Shown here: one piece after another, positions 1 through 9,860 of the stretch
How the letters are laid out: each line of letters opens with the position of its first letter
Numbering within the stretch: the first letter of the stretch is position 1
From: Lama guanicoe
Lineage: Eukaryota
Length of the DNA: 45,884 nucleotides
Direction: 5' to 3'
Assembly: GCA_013239625.1 (NCBI GenBank)
Contig: MU054338.1
Coordinates: 2,048,001 to 2,093,884, forward strand
Position numbers and translations under genes: made by a program
Notes under the pieces: generated by a model
What the model was told of the DNA's origin: nothing
The model's input: only the letters and a program-made list of their open reading frames with translations
The model's database searches: none

Positions 1-366
1 GTCAGCGACACTCTGGGATAACACGGTTCCCCCTACCTGTGGGCTGGGGGACGCCGCAGTGGGCTTGGGGGCCAGGAGCTCTGTAGTTTGACCCGTCTCA
101 GGAGTGGTGGGGAGTGGGCCGCTGTCAGAGTGAGCTGGCGAAAGTAGCCAAAGGAATGGGCTGAGAGGCTCAAACAGTGGGTTCAGGAAGAGGAAATGAG
201 TCCTCAGAGCCCACGGGAGCAGGGGGGCAGGCAAGTGTGTCCAAGCAATGGGTTCCGAGGGGTGAACTTGGACCAGTGCCTTGGGGAAACAGTATGTCCA
301 CATGTATTTGAGCTGTAAATGAAGGTTCATGTTTCCTGGCCAGGTTATTAGCTGTGGATGCTGGAC

Positions 367-562
367 TGGGGGTTGGCAAACCATGGCCTGCAGCTGCCTC
401 TTCACGTAAATGAAGTTTTACTGGCACACAGCCAACGTTTACATGTGGTTTACAGGGACTTTCATGCTGCAACAGCAGAGTTGAGTGGCTGTGACAGACC
501 ATCTGGCCCACAGAGCTGGAAATACCAACTGGCCCTTTACAGGAAAAGTTTGCCAACCCCTG
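367..562. mobile_element. MER58A-like hAT-Charlie MITE
   Basis: Terminal inverted repeats ggggttggcaaac (369-381) and gtttgccaacccc (548-560); internal aagttttactggcacacagcc. Confidence 0.8.
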
Positions 563-1384
563 GGCTAGATTCAAGTCTGGAGGACAGCCACCTGCACTGT
601 GGCAACAGGAGAATGAGTTTTTGGAAAGACCTAGATTTCTAGTTAGAGTAGAAGGTGAGTAGAATCAGCTACCCAGTGGAATATTATGCAGCCCTCAAAA
701 TGACATCAGGGTAGAACTTTTAGTGGCGTGGGAAAGTTTATTTCACCTCGGTTAGTGGAAGAAGCAAAATATAAAATCATAAATCTCAGTCACCATGCTT
801 AGCAATAGCACCTTTGTTTTGGAACACCTTAAGCTATAGAAGTCGCAAAGACAGCACACTTCCTGAGGGGCGCCCTACTCCCAGCTTCCCCCCAGGGGTG
901 ACCTCTTCCACGCCCCTTACGATTGTGGTTTTAAACGTGTAAAGAACGGGAGGGCTTGAGACAGGATAAGCTCACAGGCGTGAGAAGATGACACCCCCGG
1001 TGGGCTACTCGCTCACACTGAGCAAGCCGTGTCTGCTTTCGGGGCTGGGCTGGAGCGTCGTGGACCACCAGGCGGGAAACTTCTGTTCTGAGGTCGTGGC
1101 TGAATTGATCCTTGGGAGGCCGGGCCAGAGGTCTTGTGTGCGCCTCTGTGATTTTAGAACGAGAGGGCCGCCCACACACCCCTCAGCAGCCTGCGTGCAG
1201 GCGGGGTGACCACTCCACCAGCTCTCATCCTTTACTCCCGAGTTCTTCCCCGTGTCCAGTCCGTGTGTTCAGTTATGCTTTTGCTCAGACCGCACTCCTA
1301 GGACCTAGGGTGTAGGGGCAGCAAGGATGCGGCTCTGGGCCAGGAACCGCAGGCTTGGGCTGACCCTCCCTTCCCTGTCCTCAG

Positions 1385-1479
1385 TGCTGCTACACACCGC
1401 CACCGCCAACGGCTTCCAGATGGTCACCAGCGGGGTCCAGAGCAAGGCCGTGAGTGACTGGCTCATCACCAGCGTGGAG
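1385..1479 (+). CDS. NCLN: Nicalin coding exon 4 (exons 1-3 lie upstream of the window)
   Basis: tcctcag| acceptor, gag|gtgagt donor; encodes (V)LLHTATANGFQMVTSGVQSKAVSDWLITSVE, matching recalled nicalin. Confidence 0.96.
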
Positions 1480-1664
1480 GTGAGTGCCCAGCAGGGCACG
1501 TGGGAAGGGGGCTCCCAGACCTCAGCTCAGCCTGCCGTGTGAGGACCCTGGCCAGGGCGCCGGACCTGGACCCTGCGGGGCTGTTCTGCACTCCTCTGAC
1601 CGCGCCCTTTCTCCTGGCAGCAGAGCTCAGCCTTTGAAGGGTGGGTCTGGTTCCTGGGTGGAAA

Positions 1665-1790
1665 AGCCTGGTTGGCACTGCAGCCCTGAGCCAAGTCTGG
1701 CCTCCGCTGGTCTCTGTAAATAAAGTTTTATTAGCATGCAGTCCCGCCCACTTGTCCGCACATGTCCACAGTGGAGCCGGCAAAAGCAAG
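1665..1790. mobile_element. MER58-like fragment
   Basis: gccaagtctggcc...tgtaaataaagttttattagcatgcag, shared with the other MER58 copies. Confidence 0.6.
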
Positions 1791-1861
1791 GGCGCTGCTG
1801 TCAGGTGGGGGCGGGCAGCCCACTGTCTGGCTGGTGGCCCTTTACACCTGTGTGTCTGCAG

Positions 1862-1942
1862 GGGCGGCTGACTGGGCTGGGTGGAGAGGACCTGCCCACC
1901 ATCGTCATTGTGGCCCACTACGACGCCTTCGGGGTGGCCCCG
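1862..1942 (+). CDS. NCLN: Nicalin exon 5
   Basis: ctgcag| ... ccg|gtacgt; GRLTGLGGEDLPTIVIVAHYDAFGVAP (M28 peptidase-like AHYD motif). Confidence 0.96.
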
Positions 1943-2544
1943 GTACGTGTGCCCTCCCCTGTCCGGGGCAGACGCAGCTCTGCATCCTCTCTTGGGTCCC
2001 TGTGGATACCCCGCGGGGTGGGTGTCATCCTGCAGCTTCACTCCCCCAAACGAGACATGACAGCGGGAGTGAGAGGCGGTCCCTGGGGGCTCATGACACA
2101 GCCCTGGGCTCTAGCTGGGGTGTCACACAGGTGCCTCCGTCCAAGACCCCAGGCTCCAGGAGAAGAGTGGGTGCCCCTGCAGACCCCGTGTTTGCAAAGA
2201 CGGTGCAGGGACAGGAACCTCGTCAGCGGGGTGGTGGGAGCTGGCCTGGGGAGCAGCCTTCCCGGCATGTGGCCTCAGGCCCCCAGTGCGAGCTCTTGTG
2301 TCCAGTCTCCTCCGGGCTGTGCTCCCTGAGTCCCCGGGACAGGGAGGTTCACGCCAGAGAACCAACGGCTAGCTGAACCAGAGTGGCGTGGGCGGGCCTG
2401 CGGCCTGGCCGGAGCCTGGCCATGCCGTCCTCGGGGGTGCTGGGACCAGCCAGGGTGCAGAGCTCGGCCCTGGACTGTCAGCCTGGAACCATGTTCTCTC
2501 CTGCTCATCATCCACCCCACGGGGCCTTTCTGAAATTTTCTTAA

Positions 2545-2810
2545 ATTTTTTTAGACATAATTCCCATGACAAAATTCATCCTTTTAAATCATGCAGTTTA
2601 GCATCTCGTAGTACATTCACCAAGTTGCGTAGACATAACCACTGTCTACTTCTGTAACATTTATTCCATCACCCCCAAAATAAACCCCACCCCCTCCACT
2701 CACCCCTGCCCGACAGCCGGGAGCCCCTCTCTGTGTCTGGACTGGCCTGTTGTGCACGTTTCACATCCGTGGCATCACATAGCTACTTCTCTCACTGAGC
2801 ACGGTATTGC
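2545..2810 (-). mobile_element. Old L1M 3'-end fragment
   Basis: agacataattcccatgacaaaattcatccttttaaa...tagtacattcaccaagttg, antisense L1MB-type text. Confidence 0.65.
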
Positions 2811-3297
2811 CCCCTCCCTGTGAACTTCCCCGTGAACTTCAGGGCCATTACACGTCAGTTTACCCACTGTGACCGTGGGAGGGCCCCAAGCCATGGGAAC
2901 AACCCAACTTTCTTCTCCAAAAACTGATTGTTGCTCCATCGGGAACGTTGTCTTAGACTGTGGGCCTCAGACATGTCGGGGTCTTTCATGTGTTGGGGGT
3001 GGCCTGAGGCTGTAGGGAAGCCCCCATCATAGGGGCACCAGGGTCCCAGGGCCGATGTCGAGGCTGGTGGCTGCGTGACCTGCCGGCCCCAGCTCCAGGC
3101 TGTGCACAGAGCTTCCCCGGGGCACGGGGCAGTCGTGAGGGAGGGGACCCGCGTGCCCTGGCACTGGGCCATCGGGCTGGGGTCTGAGCCGCGTGGGTAG
3201 CAGTCCTAGCCGCGTGCTGGGCGACGGGGCCGGGTGGGGCCCAGGAGGCGCTGCGTGTGGATGTGGCGAGCGCCGGCCTCGTCTTGTCTGCCCGCAG

Positions 3298-3401
3298 TGG
3301 CTGTCGCACGGTGCGGACTCCAACGGGAGCGGCATCTCTGTGCTGCTGGAACTCGCCCGGCTCTTCTCCAGGCTCTACACCTACAAGCGCACCCATGCCG
3401 C
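3298..3401 (+). CDS. NCLN: Nicalin exon 6
   Basis: ccgcag| ... gc|gtaagt; WLSHGADSNGSGISVLLELARLFSRLYTYKRTHA(A). Confidence 0.96.
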
Positions 3402-4037
3402 GTAAGTCACGGCCGCCGGGGCCCGGGGTACAAGGCTCGCTCACGCCAGGCGCTGCTTGGGCCTTGCGGCCCGGAGGCGGTGCCAACCCTGGGAATCACC
3501 TGTCTGTTGGTTGAGGGCTGATCAACCCTCTGGAATCCCACGTCCCAGGCTGGGCTGGGAGTGCTTCCAGCTGCAAGTAACAGACACCCGGGAAACGGTC
3601 ACTTAAACTGGAGACCCCCATCTCAGCCCAGGACCCAGCTGGTCACTCTCGGGGGTGCTTGTCTGCTTGGCCCGATGGCAGGGGCCCAGTGACGGTGCAC
3701 ATCTCCCCGGGAGTGACTCTACCGAGCCACACACACAGCAGGCGTCCCATCCTGGAAACTGGAAGCGAGATTCAGGTGTTGGCAGGGCCACACCCCCTCC
3801 CGAGTCTCTGGGGGAGGGTCTTTCATGCCTCTTCAACGTCTGCTGGCTTCCAGCAGTGACAGAGTTCCCTGGCTACACCCCCATGTGGTCTCTTCCTCGT
3901 GTGTCTCCTCCTATAAGGACCACTGTGGCCCTGGTGGGGTGGATGGGGGTGGGGCACAGGGACCTGGTCCTTCACAGCATCTCTGGCCCATGGCTTCAGT
4001 TCCGCTCCAAGGAGGCAGTGCTGAGTTCCTGTCACCC

Positions 4038-4127
4038 TTTTTTTTTTAAATGGAGGTACTGGGGGTAGAACCCAGGACCTTGAGCATGCTAAGCATGTGC
4101 TCCACCACCAAGCTGCTTCCCTCCACC
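4038..4127 (-). mobile_element. tRNA-derived SINE, recalled as camelid Vic-1-like
   Basis: Reverse strand reads ...agcttggtggtggagcacatgcttagcatgctcaaggtcctgggttctacccccagtacctccattt(A)n with A/B-box-like motifs; flanked by repeated ctgtcac (TSD remnant). Confidence 0.75.
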
Positions 4128-4221
4128 AGGCTTCTGTCACTTTTTATCTTCCGGGTCTGTTTCCTGATCAGTCCACCTCGTCCCTCCTGGTCTCAAGAGC
4201 TCAGGGAGGCCTCTGGACCCA

Positions 4222-4410
4222 TGCTTCTCACTCAAGGGGTGGCTCTGCCCCCAGGGGACACTGGGTGATGTCTGGGGACATTGTGGTGGTTATGACTGGG
4301 AGGTAGAGAGCTTTTTTGGCCTTGAATGGGTGCACCCAGGGATGCTGCCCAGACTCCGCCGTGCCCAGGATGCCCCAGTGTCAGCAGGGCCGGGGTCGGG
4401 GAGACCACCT
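4222..4410. mobile_element. MER20-like DNA transposon
   Basis: gcccccaggggacactgggtgatgtctggggacattgtggtggttatgactggg...cagggatgctg. Confidence 0.7.
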
Positions 4411-4468
4411 CCTTATCGGGGGCCTGGACTCTCCTGTCAGCGCTGACGCCCTGCTTCTCCCGTACCAG

Positions 4469-4557
4469 GTACAACCTCCTATTCTTTGCTTCCGGAGGAG
4501 GAAAGTTCAACTACCAGGGCACCAAGCGCTGGTTGGAAGACAACCTGGACCACACAG
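4469..4557 (+). CDS. NCLN: Nicalin exon 7
   Basis: taccag| ... g|gtgagg; YNLLFFASGGGKFNYQGTKRWLEDNLDHT. Confidence 0.96.
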
Positions 4558-4636
4558 GTGAGGCCTTGGCGGTGAGGGGGCCCCAGGGAGGCAGGGCCTG
4601 GTTCCTGTCCTGCTTCCCAGCCCTTGCTGCCCTCAG

Positions 4637-4776
4637 ATTCCAGCCTGCTGCAGGACAACGTGGCCTTCGTCCTCTGCCTGGACACCGTGGGCCGGGGGGA
4701 CAGCCTGCACCTGCATGTGTCCAAGCCACCCAGGGAGGGGACGCTGCAACACGCCTTCCTGCGGGAGCTTGAGACG
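4637..4776 (+). CDS. NCLN: Nicalin exon 8
   Basis: cctcag| ... acg|gtaatg; (D)SSLLQDNVAFVLCLDTVGRGDSLHLHVSKPPREGTLQHAFLRELET. Confidence 0.96.
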
Positions 4777-5016
4777 GTAATGTCCTGGCCAGGCCCCTTT
4801 CACAGTAGGGGGCTCGGCTGGAACACCCGCCCCTCCATCACACGTCACCAGGACCTTTGCCAACCCTGGGGCCTCGCGTGAGCCTCAGGCGGGGTTCTCC
4901 CCGAGTTCCAGAGCAGAGGTTCAGGGAGGGACTTGAGGCTCCCCAGGCACGAGGGGCCACCTCCGCAGAGACTGGAGGGGCCGTCACCGGGCAGACCCTG
5001 ACGGTGCCCCTCGCAG

Positions 5017-5195
5017 GTGGCTGCCCACCAGTTCCCGGAGGTGCGGTTTTCCATGGTGCACAAGAAGATCAACCTGGCGGAGGACATCCTGGCCTGGGAG
5101 CACGAGCGCTTCGCCATCCGCCGGCTGCCTGCCTTCACCCTGTCCCACCTGGAGAGCCACCGTGATGGCCAGCGCAGCAGCATCATGGACGTGCG
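5017..5195 (+). CDS. NCLN: Nicalin exon 9
   Basis: tcgcag| ... cg|gtgagc; [59 protein letters not shown](R). Confidence 0.96.
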
Positions 5196-5514
5196 GTGAG
5201 CGCCACCCACCCCGGCCCTCCACTGAGACTGAGCCTCTGCGATTCCTGTCACCTGTGCCCACGCCCAGGAACTGGACCCATGTCCGCTGCAGGGGTGGTG
5301 AGAAGGTGGCTGCTGTCGGGGCAGGCATCCAGGAGGCTTCCTGGAGGAGGTGGTGCCAGACTGAAGGGCCTGAACCAGGAGAAGGTTGTTGCACGGCAGA
5401 GGGAGCCAAGAGCAGAGAAGAGCTGGGGGAAGCAGGGGACTGGGATAATGGGCCAGACGCCCCCTCACCCTGCCTCCCCGGGCAGCCTGCACCTCATACC
5501 CACTCGGGTCGGGG

Positions 5515-5760
5515 TGTGTTGCCTTCGAAGCTCCTCCTCAACGTTCTGTGTGTTGCCAGCAGTCCTTGGTGTCCCTGGCTTGTGGCCTCTCCCTGTGCTT
5601 GGCCTGAGTCCACATTCCCCTCTGCTTATGAGGACACCAGCCATTGGACTTAGGGCCCCTGCTCCGCTGTGACCTTATGACTAACCAGGTCTGCAGCGAC
5701 CCTCCTTCCAAGTCGGGTCACAGCCCAGGTTCTAAGCGGCTGTGAATTTGGCGGGATACT
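5515..5760. mobile_element. MLT1 (MaLR LTR) fragment
   Basis: cttatgaggacaccagccattggacttagggccc...tctgcagcgaccctccttccaagtcgggtcaca. Confidence 0.65.
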
Positions 5761-6063
5761 GTACCCCCCCCGAGGGTGTTCCATCAGCTCCGCCCTGGAC
5801 GGCCTGTGGAGGAGGGCGCTCTGACCCCCCCAAGTTCCAGAGGAGGAAACAGGCCCAGAGTCGTGTCTTCAGGACTGGGGTGCAGAGTAGCCCCAGGGAG
5901 GTTGAGGCCTGGCCTGGAGACCACCCGGCGGCGGGGGCGCCCGTCCCTGGTGGGGGCGGCTCCTGTCCTTGTTTTTATCACCAGATGTGTGATCATTCTT
6001 GGTTTCTGGTGGTTATAGACGATGCCGGTTCCAAATACGTATGTTTTACATCTGCCCTCCAAG

Positions 6064-6151
6064 GTCCCGGGTTGACTCTAAAACCCTGACCCGAAACACA
6101 AGGCTCATCGCAGAGGCCCTGACCCCAGTCATCTACAACCTGACGGAGAAG
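6064..6151 (+). CDS. NCLN: Nicalin exon 10
   Basis: tccaag| ... aag|gtgagc; SRVDSKTLTRNTRLIAEALTPVIYNLTEK. Confidence 0.95.
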
Positions 6152-6209
6152 GTGAGCCTGCCCCCAACAGCGGCTCTGGGCTCAGGCCTGTGCCCTCCTC
6201 TCTCCACAG

Positions 6210-6248
6210 GGCACCCCCCCGGACATGCCGGTCTTCACGGAGCAGATG
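6210..6248 (+). CDS. NCLN: Nicalin exon 11 (39 nt)
   Basis: ccacag| ... atg|gtaacg; GTPPDMPVFTEQM; phase 0 at both ends. Confidence 0.94.
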
Positions 6249-6331
6249 GTAACGGGCAGGCCGGGCGGGGCGGGGCGGGGCAGCGCGGCGCGCGAGGACA
6301 GGGCCCCGAGACCATGGCCGCGTCCCCGCAG

Positions 6332-6495
6332 CAGATCCAGCAGGAGCAGCTGGACTCGGTGATGGACTGGCTCACCAACCAGCCCCGGGCCGCGCAGCTG
6401 GTGGACAAGGACGGCACGTTCCTCAGCACGCTGGAGCACTACCTGAGCCGCTACCTGAAGGAGGTGAAGCAGCACCACATCAAGGCTGACAAGCG
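6332..6495 (+). CDS. NCLN: Nicalin exon 12 (NAGNAG acceptor, alternative start 6335)
   Basis: ccgcag|cag|atc ... cg|gtgagg; QIQQEQLDSVMDWLTNQPRAAQLVDKDGTFLSTLEHYLSRYLKEVKQHHIKADK(R). Confidence 0.95.
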
Positions 6496-7382
6496 GTGAG
6501 GCCCGGACGCGCCCCGCCTGGGCCTGCTCGCCAGCCCGCGGGTCCTCTGGCCTCCCTGCCGGGCCCAGATTGAGCAGAGAGAAACGAGAAGGAACACGAT
6601 GAGTGAGGGCTACGGGGGCCCCGTTCAACCCGAGTTCCAGGTGGACGGCGGATTGTCACAGTAGAAGTCTGTCCCGGGCAGCGTTCGGGACGTACTTACC
6701 CCGAAAGCACGCTTCTTCTTTATCTGCAGTCCCCGTGGAACCACAGTCCAGGGTTGCGTCTGGCAGCCCTGTACCCCCGCCCACCCTCTGGTCCATCTGT
6801 GCTCTGGGCCTCAGGCGACTCCTTCCCCAGGCCCCCTCCTGCCCTCGGGATGCTCTTCCTCACTGCAGGCCCCCTGGGTTTGGTCTTTTTTGTTTGATGC
6901 TCCCAGGCTCCCCAGTCAGGCCGAGTGGAGTGGGTGTCTGTGGCATCCACAGGCAGGAGGCCCCCACCCAGGCAGCTTCATGCCCCTCGCTGGCTCTCCC
7001 TCCACCTGTCTCCCAACTCATGGCTCTCTGAAGACACCCAGCTTTTAAACAGAAGAGGAAACTGAGGCTCAGAGTGGACCCATAGTTGTGGAGTTGGAGT
7101 CTCTGATTTCTAGGCTGTGGTCACTCTCCCTCTATAGAAATGCTTCCTAGACCAGTAAAACTTCCAGTTACCACACTTCATTTTGAGAGAATACATTTGA
7201 CGCCCCCAAAATCAACAGGAAAGGCATTTTTCAGAGTAAAGGACCGTTGTTCTTTCTGAGGGACAGTGTCAGCCTTGAGCAGACACACACACGGGTGCCC
7301 CCTGCACCTCCGTGTTCCTGGGCTGGTGGGACCTCCAGGGAGCCTGGCTGGGTGCGCCCACTGAGAAAGCACTCTCTTCCAG

Positions 7383-7436
7383 GGACCCTGAGTTTGTCTT
7401 CTACGACCAGCTGAAACAGGTGATGAACGCCTACAG
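7383..7436 (+). CDS. NCLN: Nicalin exon 13
   Basis: ttccag| ... ag|gtgagg; DPEFVFYDQLKQVMNAY(R). Confidence 0.95.
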
Positions 7437-7543
7437 GTGAGGCTGAGTCTGGCCCAGGGGCTGGCTCCATGGGCACAGCGGGGTGGGGGGCCAGCTGATT
7501 GACTGACCCCGCCACCCCCACCCCCCACCTCGTCTCTCCGCAG

Positions 7544-7622
7544 GGTCAAGCCAGCCATCTTCGACCTGCTCCTGGCCGTCTGCATCAGCGCCTACCTCGG
7601 GATGGCCTACACGGCAGTCCAG
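7544..7622 (+). CDS. NCLN: Nicalin exon 14 (transmembrane helix)
   Basis: ccgcag| ... cag|gtgagc; VKPAIFDLLLAVCISAYLGMAYTAVQ, hydrophobic segment. Confidence 0.95.
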
Positions 7623-7761
7623 GTGAGCGGAGGTGGGTCTTGGGGGAGGCGAGACGCCCGGGGAGGGTCCACTTGGCCAGCCAGTCCTTGCAGGAGACCC
7701 CACAGGCGGCCCTTGGGTGGGACTGTCCCCGACCTCACCAGAGCCCTCCTGCTGCCCCCAG

Positions 7762-7818
7762 CACTTCGACCTCCTGTACAAAAGTGTTCAGAGACTGCTG
7801 AAGGCCAAGACACAGTGA
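7762..7818 (+). CDS. NCLN: Nicalin last coding exon 15, stop TGA 7816-7818
   Basis: ccccag|cac; HFDLLYKSVQRLLKAKTQ*, ending in a KxKxx ER-retrieval-type motif. Confidence 0.95.
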   Translation, partial: HFDLLYKSVQRLLKAKTQ

Positions 7819-9350
7819 CCGCTGGCCGCGGCCCTCCCCGCTCTTCCCCGCTCAGCGCCAGCAGGAGGCGGGGCCGCACCCCCTGGGCGGCTGCAACCCT
7901 GAATTACAGAGCTTTTCTGTGTTGCTCTTAAGGATCTGGGGGCTGCTTTCTCATTTTTGTCCCTCAAGCTCCCTTGGAGGAGCATCAGTGGCGGTCTGGG
8001 GCCAGGCCATGGACTTGGGGACAAGCGCATGGACGAGCTCCTGGCCCCGGAGTTGGCCCCACGGCCCTCAGGGCGTGCAAACCACTCAAGGAAAAGAGGG
8101 GACAGGCCCAGTGCAGCCACGGCGTGACCCATGGCTGTGACGCTGGCCGCGGACCGAGTGGTCTGACCTTGACACCGTCCCCACCCCTCAAGTGACTCGG
8201 ATACCCCCTCCCTCCTGCCTGGAGACAGCACCTCCGCCTCTGGGTCTCTGGGTTCCAGCCCTTCCCTTGGAAGCCTTGTGCCCAAACCCCAGCCGGGAGG
8301 AGGCAGCCAGCTCAGGGCAGCCTTGTGATGGGACCGCCCTGAAGACCCGGCAACCTCCCTGCCTCCAGCCTCCCACCTCCCAGTCCGGCCCTCACACTGC
8401 TCACCCTGCTTCTTGCCACCTCTGCCCCACGCCACCCTGTGGGGCCCGCCGCTCCCCCAGCTGTCTCCTCCCTGCCCGGGCTCTCTACGCTCCGCCCTCA
8501 GCCTGTCCCCGGGATGGGTGCCTGCAGAGTCCCCAGGGTGGAGAGGTGGCCCCTCTGCTCCTTTCTCTGGTCCTCAGTTTCCTTACCTGTAAGGAGGAGG
8601 ATGTGTTTGGGGGGAGTGGGTGCCCCCACATCCCTGGAGGGATGTCCAGGTTGGGGGTCAAGAGAGGAGTGACTGCGGGCGCAGCTCTTCCCAGAACCCG
8701 GTGGGGGCAGGTCTGGGCCTGAGCCCCACAAACCAGGCACCTTGTGGGGCATGAGCCCCTCGCTGGGGAGGGGAGAGGGGGGTGGGACCGACCTCAGGGA
8801 GACCCAGGTGTACCGATTCATTAGCAATATACTCAGTCAAGTGGTAAGTGCTGGGGCCCAGTGTCCGGGAGGAGGGACTCCCGGGCGGGCCTGGCACCTG
8901 CCTCCTCCGGCCACCAGAGAGGTCTCGCCCACCTTCCAGTCCTGAGGGGCCTGTGGGGGCAGGCAGCCGACTGGCTCGCTGCTCACTGGAGGGAACGGGC
9001 TCCCTGGGGCCGTGACTCCCAGCTGAGCTGATGGGGCCTGGGAGAGGGGCAGGCATGGAGGCTGCAGGTCCTCCTCTGCCTCCTCCCCCTGCCGCCACTG
9101 GGTGGCTCGTCTCCTCCAGAGACTATTTACCGCGTGCCTGGCCACCTCTGGGGCGGACGCGGGGCCGGAGTCTGCGCATCCTCCCGCAGCATGTGAGTGT
9201 GTGAGCCAGTGGATGTGCTGGCGGGAGCGTTCGGAGCGCAAGTCATTCCTCCCCTTCCCCAGGGCGGGTCAGGACCGCTGATCAGTCAGAGTTCAGGCTG
9301 GTCATGGGGCGCAGCCGGATGATCAGAAATAAAGCCATATGAACGACAGC
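7819..9350 (+). other. NCLN: NCLN 3' UTR (end approximate)
   Basis: From stop codon to just past the first AATAAA at 9328; no recognisable interspersed repeat. Confidence 0.75.
9328..9333 (+). terminator. NCLN polyadenylation signal AATAAA
   Basis: First canonical hexamer seen after the stop; GT-rich cgtgtcctgtc about 20 nt downstream. Confidence 0.75.
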
Positions 9351-9504
9351 CTCCCGTGTCCTGTCGGGGGACTGGGGCCTCAGGGTTTGGTGAGCCCACC
9401 GGACGGTGCTTTGTGTTCCTGGGGACCTGGGGGAGGGGTGTCCTTCCTGCCCCCCTGCAAAGTGGGGCTGAAAACCAGTTCATGAGCTGATGGACAGTGG
9501 GGCA

Positions 9505-9860
9505 GTGGGACTTGTTCACCCCACTAACTTGGTGCCTTTAAGACAGCAGAAATGTGTTGTTCCCTTGCTCTGGAGGCCTGAGGTCCAAGATCAAGGCCAG
9601 GTTGGCTCGTCTGAGGCTGTGAGGGAGGAAGGCCCATCTCTCCCAGCCTTCAGCCTCTGCTGGTCCCCGTCTCCGCCTGTCCTCACTGGGCCATTCTCGT
9701 GTGTCCTGGCCGGAAAGACACCAGTTGTTGGCTTTAGGGCTCATCCCACTCCAGGGTAGACCTCATGCCATTTCATTATATCTGCAAAGGTCCTGTTCCA
9801 CATAAGGCCACGTTCTGAAATTCTGGACAGGGATTTGGGGGGACGCCATTCAACCCAGTG
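9505..9860. mobile_element. MLT1 (MaLR LTR)
   Basis: ttaagacagcagaaatg...tctggaggcctgaggtccaagatcaagg...atctgcaaaggtcctgttccacataaggccac. Confidence 0.7.

Noticed and set aside
1718..1724. AATAAA in NCLN intron 4
   Set aside because: Part of the MER58 internal sequence (also at ~12051); no evidence of use as a poly(A) site
4038..4127. Possible tRNA gene
   Set aside because: Poly(A) tail, TSD remnant and degenerate stems indicate a tRNA-derived SINE
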